From contig OZ024741.1 in NCBI GenBank assembly GCA_964016885.1, positions 18,786,001-18,850,000 of the forward strand: a stretch of 64,000 nt of DNA, given 5' to 3'. This stretch comes from Eledone cirrhosa (lineage: Eukaryota). Under the pieces are notes generated by a model. The model was not told the origin of the DNA and did not search any database. It was given only the letters and a program-made list of their open reading frames with translations. Shown here in pieces: positions 25,250 to 37,979 of this stretch; within the stretch, counting starts at the first letter, position 1, and each line of letters begins with the position of its first letter. Position numbers and translations under genes: made by a program.

Positions 25250-25893
25250 ATGGGACAGGTTGTACTGGGATACATGTTACCAGGTCACCAGTTGGTGCTA
25301 CTGATAACATGTATCCCAGTACAACCTGTCCCATCGTCGGGTCGTTGGCGACTAAACTGGCAACCCCACCAAGGTTTCTTGGTGAGGAGGGTGACTTTGG
25401 ACATCCTGCAGGACTAAAAACAAAACCTGTCAAAGGACAAAGGAGCTCTTTAGAGTCAATGGCCATCCAAAATCACTGGGAGAGATGACCCCTTAGCCTT
25501 TGTCAAGGCAGAATTCTACGAGAAGGAACACTCTGATATAACACCTGCAACCCTGATGGTATCCAATGATGTTGACTTGTTCTTCTTTTTGGTAAATATT
25601 ATCTTGGTTAAGAGAGTGGGACTGGCTTTGTGCAGTGCCTTTGCTCACTATAAAAGCTTCACGGCACAGGCATTGCTTTATATCTGGAGATCTCTGATCT
25701 CTCTGCACTTGTCGTCACATGGTACCATGGGCCCAGCACTATGTGTCAATAATTGTCACAGGTGTAGTGTTTGTACTAGAGTTTTCAAGTCGCTGGCTGG
25801 ACTAAAAAGTCACACTCGTTCAGCGCATTGGTAGGGGTTCTCCTACATGGATATAAAGTAGTGGCCGTACACGAAAACGAGTTGGCAGCCACC
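25250..25893 (+). mobile_element. Non-autonomous RTE-related element with a 5' hairpin and a C2H2-coding 3' remnant
   Basis: 30-bp inverted arms at 25250-25334. CSVCTRVFKSLAGLKSHTRSAH. RTE-like 3' end followed by (TATG)n. Confidence 0.72.
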
Positions 25894-25984
25894 ATGTATG
25901 TATGTATGTATGTATGTATGTATGTATGTATGTATGTATGTATGTATGTATGTATGTATGTATGTATGTATATATGTATGTATA

Positions 25985-27575
25985 GCTCCAGGAGAAGTGC
26001 ATGGAACAAGGCTTGGATCTGTATCAGGTTTTTGTCGATCTGACAAAAGCTTTCGATACTGTTAACAGAGATGCATTATGGAAGGTTCTCCAGAAACTTG
26101 GTTGCCCTGATAAGTTCCTTGCTTTAGTTAGGTCTTTCCATGACGACATGAAGGCTTGGGTTAATGTCGGGGGTAACATGTCGGAGCCTATCTCAGTAAA
26201 AAATGGAGTGAAACAGGGGGATATTCCAGCACCGACCCTGTTTGCCATATACTTTGCAATGGTTTTCTGTATTGCATTCAGGAATTGCGAGCATGGTGTT
26301 TACATCCGATATCGAACCTCAGGCAGCATATTTAACATCAGGCGCTTTGCTGCGAAGACAAAAGTATTTACATCAATCATAAGAGACCTCTTGTATGCAG
26401 ATGATTGCGATCTTGTAGCGCACACAGAGAGTGATATGCAGCACATTTTGAATGCATTTTCTGACGCTTGCACTGCCCTAGGATTGACTGTCAGTCTCAA
26501 GAAAACCGTCGTCATGTACCAACCTGCCCCTGGTAAGCAGTACACTGAACCAAACATCTATGTGTATGGCAAACGACTTGGAGTGGTTGATCAGTTTGTC
26601 TATCTGGGAAGCACTGTCAATCGATACAGCAACCTTGACAGTGAAATCTCACTTAGGATTAGGAAAGCAAGTGATGCTTTCGGAAAGCTAGAAAGGCGAC
26701 TCTGGGGTCGGCGAGACATATGCAGGAGGACAAAGGTAAAGGTGTACAGAGCATGTGTGCTCTCTTGTCTTCTTTATGCCTGCGAGACCTGAGTCACATA
26801 TCGACACCACCTTAAGCAATTGGAGCGTTTCCATCAGATGTGTCTCAGACGGATCCATGGCGTTCACTGGAGGGACCACATCAGTGATGTAGAGATTTTG
26901 GAAAGCTCTATGTGTGACAGTATAGAAGCTCTTGTGCTTAAGCAACGACTCCGTTGGAGTGGTCACCTTGCCAGGATGAAGGATTCTAGAATACCAAAAC
27001 AACTCTTTTATGGAGAGTTGGTTAAAGGAAAACGACCGCCACATAAACCAAAAAAGAGGTATAAGGATTCCTTGAAAGCCTCTCTGAAAGACGCTAACAT
27101 CTCTGCTGATACATGGGAGAATATTGCTGCTGATCGTAATAAATGGAGAAAGACTATATATGAGGGAAAAGTTGCCTTTGAGGCATCTCGAATCGCATAC
27201 GAGAAAGTAAAGCGGAATGTGAGGAAGGGCATTGCTGTTGCACTTCCAGACGGCGATGGTCCTCCTATGGTGCTGACATGCAGCGTATGTGCGAGACTCT
27301 GCCTAAGCAAAGCTGGACTCAAAAGTCATCTTCGCAGTCATAAAGTAAGACCAGTGGTTGACTACCAGGCTGCTGTTGGAGATGCTACTCATCATGCTTG
27401 CCAAACATGTGGTAGAGAATGTAAATCAGCAGGAGGGCTCAAGCGACATGCAAAAGTACACGAACCCCAACCACAGCCGACTATTCCCAGTTAATGTTTT
27501 GGTTGCCGACTCTGTGCAAGACATTTTAGATCATTGGCTGGGCTAAAAAGCCACATTCGATCGCAGCGCTGTTAG
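25985..27575 (+). mobile_element. RTE (BovB-like) LINE RT and C-terminus, 5'-truncated, premature stop at 26790-26792
   Basis: FVDLTKAFDTVNR, GVKQG, LLYADD, LLYACET*, LRWSGHLARM..SRIPKQLFYGEL and C2H2 fingers. The 3' terminus resumes at about 27835-27876. Confidence 0.95.
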
Positions 27576-27752
27576 TTGCTATCGTGTGTGTATGTGTGTG
27601 TAGATATGCTTATGTGTGTGCGTGTGTGTGTATATATATATGTATATGTATATTATTATTGTTGTTGTCGTTATTATTATTGTTGTTATTATTATTATTA
27701 TTATTATTGTTATTAATGTATGTGTGTGTGTATGTGTGTGTGTGTGTGTGTG

Positions 27753-27803
<51 letters not shown>

Positions 27804-29210
27804 ATTTATCATTATTTTTTTTTTTTTTTCTTCTCGTGCAATGGCCATACTCGATAACGAGGGGGCAGCCATCATATGTGTGTGTGTATATATATATGTG
27901 TGTATATATATATATATATGTTTGTGTGTGTGTGTGTGTGTGTGTATGTATATATATGTGTGTATGTGTGTATATATATATTTTTATATATATATGTATA
28001 TATGTATGTGTGTGTATATATCTGTGTATATATATATGTGTGTATATATATGTATATGTGTGTGTGTGTGTATGTGTATATATGTGTATATGTGTATGTG
28101 TATATATATATATGTGTGTGTATGTGCTTGTATATGTGTGTGCATGTGTATGTGTATATGTGTGTATATATATAAATATATGTAGATAAATCTACCAAAA
28201 GTTTACGGTTGTGTCCAATCCGTATGAAGAACTCAATGTAATCCGGATATCATGAAAAGAAGAGATGCATTCAAAAACTACTTTCGGTGAAAGATAAACG
28301 GAAAACAGAGTCAAGATAAATTATTAAAAAAATAATGAATAAACAAAGAAACAGTTCCTTATATTAAACAAAAAAAGTTCATTATTTTACGATCGTTTCT
28401 AGGACATATATGTGTTAGAATTGGTATGCATATTCAAAAGATCTATGTACAATATTATACAAACTATCAGAGGGAATATACATACCTTCACATATATATG
28501 CTGTCTTCAGAAATAATGATGCTTGTTCATTGATAATAACAACAATTCAATACAATAGGTCTGTTTGGGAACAGATTTTGAATAGACCAATGAAATAGAG
28601 ATTGAAATATATTTAAAAAAAAAAAAAAAAAAAAAAAATCTATCAAGAAAATATAGTTAGGTGTGTGTATATGTATGTAAATACGCTCACAGATGTGCAT
28701 ATATTGTATGCTCATATGTATACGTATAGTGAAAAAGTGTGTGTAAATCTAAAATTTAGGGCTAATGCATCTGTATGTCTGTAATCTACAGACAGAATAG
28801 ATACATCATAAGTAAATGAATATTAAGGCGCTCACATAAACACGCCCACACACACGTACATTTAGATGCGGAAGTAAAAGAGGTAAGGGAGTATAGTAAT
28901 TAAAGGAAAGTGTCAATCTCGACATACTTATAAAAATGTATCAATAAATTAGAAAGAAAAAATTTTTAGAAGGAAAAAAGAAAAAAACTAAAGAAAAGAA
29001 GACAAAAAAAGGGGGGGTACATACATACACAGATACGCATGTCTCACAAAAGAAACATAAAAATATACATGCTTATATACACACGCACATTTACACATCC
29101 ATACGTTCGATACGTACATACATACTCACACACATACACATACTTACACTCACGCATATTGACCTGTTTGCATGCGCATGCATAAAAATAAGTAAAACAT
29201 ATACCCATAC

Positions 29211-29241
<31 letters not shown>

Positions 29242-29848
29242 CACACATACACATGTATATATACAACCACACACACACACACACACAGACATACATATAT
29301 ATAGACATACACACACATATATACACAGTCAGACACATATACACATATATACACATGCATACACACATCTCTACACATACATATATATATATATATATAC
29401 ATATATATATGCATAGATATGTATTTTTATCCTCACATACAAACACACATACATACATACACACTTACATATACATACACACATCCACGCTTACATATAC
29501 ATATAATTATTGGGGGGGGGTTAAATTTATTAGTGGGAAATAATAAATATATAGGTTTCAAGGAACATAGAGTACTAACCTGCAGTTAAAGCTTTATATG
29601 TGTTTACTTAGTGGTATCAGTTTTAGGAAATGGTATTTGTAAGAAGGAAAGCCAAATTATGTAGTACAATATAAGTAGAATATTAAATTATAGGTTAACT
29701 AAAATAAAAATAGTTTATATATTAATTTCTAAGGTGTATACTAATTAGGTTTATAATATTTAAAGCGGAATTATGAAGTTCAACAGTAGTAGAATATTAA
29801 TTATAGCTTAACTAAATTAAAAATAATTTCACCAGATGAAATATATAC

Positions 29849-30733
29849 CGGACGAAACCATTGTAAAGGTAACTAAATATGTTCACTTTTCTTCTAGTTT
29901 ATTTTACATCTAATTCTGTTTAGTTGACTGTATATCTGGTCGATTTATACATGCTGTCGAAATACTCGATAAATACTCCGTCGCAACCGCCGCGAAGGGC
30001 TGCTTTCGGTTATTTGTCGGAGATTTCTTCATAGGAGCCTTTGTTATTATAGCTTGGTCTAATTGATTTTTTATATGGTTAATTATGCTAATTGGGAGAG
30101 GAAACGGTATATATTTTATCTGGTGATTCTATAAACATGTTTTATGATATATAGCTCTGATTATTTAATTTATTAATTCTTCATTGAGACACAAAGTGAC
30201 CCGTTGCAAAACACATATATATCTATGACTTTATATATATATATATATGTAAAGCTTTATATGTAATAATCTCCCGTTAGGTTGAGATACAATTTTGGCT
30301 GTATTGGGCTGCGCTTTCTAGCCAAAGGCCTACCAGCCGTAAGCAACTAATCACATCCTTTCTAACTTGACCGCTGCCACGTCACGATTCTTAGCCATTT
30401 TTTAATGTATTCTTGGCGCGATCACTTTGGAAAATTAATTGTCTAAATTTGAGCTAACTCCTGAAGAATCCGAAGCTCTAGATTTCCAATGTTATCGGAT
30501 ATCTTAAAATACGGACGAAACCATGGTAGAGGTAACTAAATATGTTCACTTTTCTTCTAGTTTATTTTACACCTAATTCTGTTTAGTTGACTGTATATCT
30601 GGTCGATTTATACACGCTGTCGAAATACTCGATAAATACTCCGTCGCAACCACCGCGAAGGGCTGCTTTCGGTTATTTGTCGGAGATTTCTTCATAGGAG
30701 CCTTTATTCTTATAGCTTGGTCTAATTGATTTT
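29849..30733 (+). mobile_element. Terminally redundant 663-bp-period element carrying a hammerhead (retrozyme/pLTR-like)
   Basis: ~220-bp direct repeats at 29849-30070 and 30512-30733; hammerhead at 30453-30536. Confidence 0.75.
30453..30536 (+). ncRNA. Minimal type-I hammerhead ribozyme
   Basis: GCTAACTC-CTGAAGA-ATCCG..CGGAC-GAAA-CCATGG-TA-GAGGTAAC: palindromic stem III ACCATGGT, GUA triplet, stem I imperfect. Confidence 0.7.
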
Positions 30734-30759
30734 ATATATATATATATATATATAGCAAA

Positions 30760-32131
<1,372 letters not shown>

Positions 32132-32297
32132 AATATATATATATATATACATATATATAATAATATTATTATTTATACTTATATATAAAGTATATATACT
32201 TATAAACAGGAAAGGTCAGTATTTTTTATTTTTTACCACCTTATTACCAGTATGAAAAATAGCTCAATGTAAATACATCAGATGCCTTACAGAACAG

Positions 32298-32354
<57 letters not shown>

Positions 32355-32572
32355 AACATAAATTATCGAGAATCGCATTTCGGCCCACGAAATAACGAAA
32401 AACAACCTCCGAGATGTGTGGCAAGTGCTCAATGATTCAGATGAACCAGAGCTTTAACAAACGTTAAAGGCCAAACACACTGAGACGATGGTTAAACAAT
32501 CATTCGCATAGCCAAAAAAACGATCAAGTAATTCGGGTCAAACAAATAAAAAATATCTGTGATTGAAAATAT

Positions 32573-32881
32573 ATATCACAGAAAAATAAAAGAGAATCAG
32601 TGTTGCGACGAATGGAATTTATTGGACATCGCAAGGTCCTCAGATACGTCTTGATTCTACAAAGTAGATTTTCCTAATTAGGAAAATCTGCTTCGTAGAA
32701 TCACGACATATTTGAGGACCTTGCGATTTTCAGAGTCAGGTTCGATCACCACATCGATCGTGCCTCGAGCTGGTCGCCAGAGAAACGATTGTAATATGTC
32801 CAATAAATTCCATTCGTCGCAACACTGATTCTCTTTTTTTTCTGTGATATCATACTCTGCTCTATGAGAGCATCGAGTGCT
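32573..32881. repeat. Spacer-less palindrome with a deletion in the left arm, plus tail
   Basis: Centre cctaa|ttagg at 32677/32678. Outer arms atatcacagaaaaa..ggacat / atgtcc..ctgtgatat. Confidence 0.88.
32705..32800 (+). ncRNA. Type-I hammerhead-like motif with a long stem II
   Basis: GACATAT-TTGAGGA-CCTTGCGA...TCGCCAGA-GAAA-CGATTG-TA-ATATGTC then AATAAA. Perfect 7-bp stem I; the mirror arm keeps canonical CTGAGGA. Confidence 0.68.
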
Positions 32882-33648
32882 CATACGGGCTACCGCATAC
32901 GGACGCTTTAAGCATCCAACACCAATTATATATATATATATATATATATATAAAACTTTAACAATAATAACTGTGTTGCTATTAGTGGGTATAGCCAAAT
33001 CCACCGCCCTATAAACACATGTAATAAATACAATTAACTATTGCTTGCAACATTAAAAATACAGCGCATCAAAATATACGATCAAATGAGAGAAAGGAAA
33101 GTTCTCCTGGACAGTATTAACCTATGGCGAGGTCCCTATCTTTCAACTATTTCCGGCCCGTTTTTAACGATCGGATTCCCCGGACCTATGTTGGAGTACT
33201 TCAAAAGTAGAGGGGTAGATGATGGTCCCCTCATATAACACGACCCTGCCTCTCTCTTTCCGAAATACTTTCTCTCTATTTTCGCCTTTCTACCTTTCGT
33301 AAAAACAGAGAATTGACAGAGTCGTTAGAGCGTTACATAAATATTTCGTGGCATTTCATTTCGGCCCTCGGTGTTCCGAGTTCAAACCAAACCAATAGCG
33401 AATATCGAAGTTGATACAAAAATAAGTACCAGTCCACTACTGGGATCTATTCTTCCTTTCTATCTGCTCACTTCCTCTTTCATCTCTCTCATTCTCTCTG
33501 GAAGAAATCGGCGGTATTCGGACCCAAAGAGGGGTGGACTTTGCCAGGTTTTATCAAGAATTTCCGATGATCCTTGGGTGCTTTTGTTTGTTTTTTTGAT
33601 CAAATTAATTATATTTTATTTTTAACACATCAATTTACAGTTGTTAAA

Positions 33649-33838
33649 TAATTGTTTCTACTTTTGGCACAAGGCTAGCAATCATCCCAGTACATTACTG
33701 GTACTTTATTCTATCGACCCCGTAAGGATGAAAGACAAAGTTAACCTCGGCGGGATTTGAACTCTGAATATAAAGGGCCGTAACTCTATGCTGCAAAGCT
33801 TGGTGTCTGACCCTCTACCGATACTGCCAATCCACCTA
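33649..33838 (-). mobile_element. tRNA-derived SINE copy
   Basis: Full core and head. Confidence 0.88.
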
Positions 33839-34261
33839 TTGATGGAAATATGAATGAAAAAGCAGAAAAAAAGAAAGAAAAGGTAAAACAAGAAACCAAG
33901 AACGAACAGAGGGGTGAGGGGTAAAAAGGGCAGATCTGACTGTATAGGAAAGTAGGAGAAAGGGCTATAAAACGGCATAAAAAAAGGAAGGGCAGACTAT
34001 GAGGTGACGGGAGAAAAGGAGGGGGAAGGGGAAAGTCTGTATGCCTGAGGTAGGGGGTGTTTAGGCTGCGCCCCGTGGTCAAAACTGCAAAGGTATTTCT
34101 GCAGACAATGGCCAGTGACCACCGCTGTAACAGTCACGCTACCTTGCGGGGCTCCTCTCTCAAACGGGGTGACGACGATCCGATTTTACGGAGGTGTGCG
34201 GCCAATTTTTGCACTTAGTGGTCAATTGATGGCTGTCTTTCTTGTTTTCTTTTTCTCTCAC

Positions 34262-35347
34262 TTTCATCATATTTTAGGGTATTATATTTGTGAGGTCCCT
34301 AGCAATAAGATATATGTAGGTTTCATCATATTTTAGGGTATTATATTTGTGAGGTCCCTAGCAATAAGATATATGTAGGTTTCATCATATTTTAGGGGAT
34401 TATATTTGTGAAGTCCCTAGCAATAAGATATATGTAGGTTTCATCATATTTTAGGGTATTATATTTGTGAGGTCCCTAGCAATAAATATATGTAGGTTTC
34501 ATCATATTTTAGGGTATTATATTTGTGAAGTCCCTAGCAATAAGATATATATGTGTTTCATCATATTTTAGGGTATTATATTTGTGAGGTCCCTAGCAAT
34601 AAGATATATGTAGGTTTCATCATATTTTAGGGTATTATATTTGTGAGGTCCCTAGCAATAAGATATATGTAGGTTTCATCATATTTTAGGGTATTATATT
34701 TGTGAGGTCCCTAGCAATAAGATATATATGTGTTTCATCATATTTTAGGGTATTATATTTGTGAGGTCCCTAGCAATAAGATATATGTAGGTTTCATCAT
34801 ATTTTAGGGTATTATATTTGTGAGGTCCCTAGCAATAAGATATATGTAGGTTTCATCATATTTTAGGGTATTATATTTGTGAGGTCCTTAGCAATAAGAT
34901 ATATGTAGGTTTCATCATATTTTAGGGTATTATATTTGTGAGGTCCCTAGCAATAAGATATATGTAGGTTTCATCATATTTTAGGGTATTATATTTGTGA
35001 GGTCCCTAGCAATAAGATATATATGTGTTTCATCATATTTTAGGGTATTATATTTGTGAGGTCCCTAGCAATAAGATATATGTAGGTTTCATCATATTTT
35101 AGGGTATTATATTTGTGAGGTCCCTAGCAATAAATATATGTAGGTTTCATCATATTTTAGGGTATTATATTTGTGAGGTCCCTAGCAATAAGATATATGT
35201 AGGTTTCATCATATTTTAGGGTATTATATTTGTGAGGTCCCTAGCAATAAGATATATATGTGTTTCATCATATTTTAGGGTATTATATTTGTGAGGTCCC
35301 TAGCAATAAGATATATGTAGGTTTCATCATATTTTAGGGTATTATAT
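34262..35347. repeat. 59-bp minisatellite, about 18 copies
   Basis: Unit tttcatcatattttagggtattatatttgtgaggtccctagcaataagatatatgtagg. Confidence 0.96.
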
Positions 35348-35735
35348 CCATGCTTTCCAGCAGAGTTACGTCCCTTTACAATCTGAGTTCAAATCCCGCC
35401 GAGGTTAACTTTGCCTTTCATCCTTACGGGGTCGATAAAATAAAGTACCAGTAATGTACTGGGTATTTGCTGGCCTTGTACCAAATGTAGAAACAATTAT
35501 ATTTGTGAGGTCCCTAGCAATAATTGTATTATATGTGGGAGATTAGGCGGTGGATTGGCAGTATCGTAGAACGTCGGACACCATGCTTTACAGCATAGAG
35601 TTACGTCTCTTTACGTTGTGAGTTCAAATCCCGCTGAGCTTAGCTTTGCCTTGCCTTTCATTCTTACGGGGTCGATAAAATAAAGTACCAGTAACACACT
35701 GGGGTCGAATTAATCGATTTTCCCCACCCCCAAAA
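35348..35735 (+). mobile_element. Two tRNA-derived SINE insertions (35348-35495 and about 35545-35735)
   Basis: Cores present. The first has TSD attatat within the last array unit. Confidence 0.85.
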
Positions 35736-35884
35736 AGTGTTTATATTTTTATTCTGAAAGAATTGTGAACAATCTGTGATTAAAATCAAACATAGGTTAC
35801 TGTTGTATCTCAACTCCACCACGAGTTGAGGGCACAGGACCATGGAATATCCTTTCATACTGGTTCATACTTTAGGGGTGGAAG

Positions 35885-36210
35885 CAAGGGCCTTGTTTCA
35901 GGAGGGTACCAGGGGACATGTCTCCCCACTTTTTCAGGAACGGGGCACAAACCATCTTTTGTCCCCCATACTTTTCCCCAATTTATTCAAACGTCTATGT
36001 TTTATTTTTTGTTTATTTGATATAATAAATTCGGTTTAAGCTTATTTTTTTATATCTGAACTTCATTTGAATATATAAAATGTAATTAGCATAACATTTT
36101 ACTTATGTGATAGGGTCCGGGAAAGGTACTATAAGTAATTTATGCTCCTTTAAGAATCAACAAATGTTGGTTTGTCCCCCCTCACATTTTTAAGGCAAAC
36201 GAGGCCCCTG
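35885..36210. mobile_element. hAT-like MITE
   Basis: TIRs caagggccttgttt / aaacgaggcccctg. Decayed 8-bp TSD ggtggaag / tgtggagg. Confidence 0.6.
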
Positions 36211-37733
36211 TGTGGAGGCATGTGGCCGAGTGGTAAGGGTGTTGGATCATAATGTCGTGGGTTCGATTCCTGCGTCAATATAGTAGTGATTAGTTTAGCT
36301 GTTATTATCAAATATCAACCAAGATATAAAATACTTCGATATGCGATAAACATAACATGTAGATAAACTGTAGCGTATATAGAAATAGAGGTGTGTTTTG
36401 GTAGTTTGGGGAGAACAATATAATTATTGGGGAGTTCCACCACCCCTGTACTTCTCTCTCTCTCTCTTTCTACCCCTCCCATCTTTAACTTTCTCTCTCT
36501 TTCTTTCTCTTCTCCCCCTCTCTCTCTCTATCTATCTATCTATCCTTTGCTCCTCCCTCTCTTAACGTTTTCCTTTTCTCTCTTTCTCTAACTCTGTCTG
36601 TAGCTCTTTCTTCCATTTCTTTATTTCTTCTTTGTTTCACTTTATTTTCTGCTTTTGTCTCTCTCTCTCTCTTTCTATTTTTACTCACATTCTTTCTTTC
36701 TTTTCTCTACCCCTCCCTCTCGCCTTCTTCTTTTACCTTTTCTCTCTCTCTTATTTCTGCTCTTTCTCTGTTTTTCCAGTTACTCTATCTTTCTCACATA
36801 CTCTTTTTCTGGCTGTCTGCCTTTCTATTTCTTTTACTCGCATCCACATACTCTCTCTCTCTCTCTATCTAGTGTCCCTTCTCACTCTCTCTTGCTGTGC
36901 TGCGTTTCTATTTCTCTCCCTTTTACATGTAGTCTCTGTTACACTTTTGCACTCTATCGTCTTCCTGTTACTCTCTCTTTCTCCCTCTCTTTTTCTCTCG
37001 CTCCCCCGTCTCTTTTCTTACCTCAGCCTACACCTCATACCGTGTCGCTCGCTGCCAGCCTCGCTCTGGCCTATCACTAAGAGAGAGTAAAAGAAGTAGT
37101 AAGAGGAGAGATAATAAAATGGCGTCGGTGATAGAGTTATTGGAAAGTTATAACTGAAGTCTTGTCCGCCTCACAGAGTTATAGAGAAATAAATACATAC
37201 ACACACATATATTTACATATACATCGTCTGAGAGGGACATTACACTCGTGTCTACGCAAATAAACATCACAAACACACACATGCATGTATATATACATAC
37301 ATGCACACAGCAAATATACATACACTGTTTGCCTCCCTTGGTTCATTGATCTGTTCATTCATACAAATACCGGAGCTCCACAACAATCAGGTCCCCCTCC
37401 CAAGGACACATATATACACACATACAGCTGGTGTGTGTATATATTATAATATGTATATATTTATTATGTATTAAAGAAAACTCTACTTCCTGGTGAAAGC
37501 GAAGAAAGTAAGATATATATTTAGAGAGAGAGAGAACGACAAAGAAAAATTAAAAGTGGAACATTTTTTTGGCCATACATTCTCGCCACGACTCCGCACT
37601 TTGTTGTAACAATAACTACTACTACTACTTCTACTAGCACTACCACTACCACCACTGTTAATAACGACAACCACTAACCCCATCATCATCATTAGTACCA
37701 TTACCATCATCAACATTGCCGCTATTGTGTTTA

Positions 37734-37917
37734 TAATTGTTTCTACTTTTGGCACAAGGCCAGCAATTATCTCAGTGCATTACTGGTACTTTATTTTATC
37801 GACCCCGTAAGGATGAAAGGTAAAGTTAACCTCGGCCGGATTTGAACTCAGATCATAAAGGGCCGTAACTCTATGCTGCAAAGCATGGCGTCCGACTCTC
37901 TACCGATACTGCCAATC
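37734..37917 (-). mobile_element. tRNA-derived SINE copy
   Basis: Core and head present. Confidence 0.88.
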
Positions 37918-37979
37918 ATAACAATAATTATTATATCATAACTAACCTACCAAGTCACCAATAGCAACGCACTCTCCCT

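Noticed and set aside
36213-36275. tRNA gene
   Set aside because: A- and B-box-like motifs are present but there is no complete cloverleaf; it matches a SINE head.
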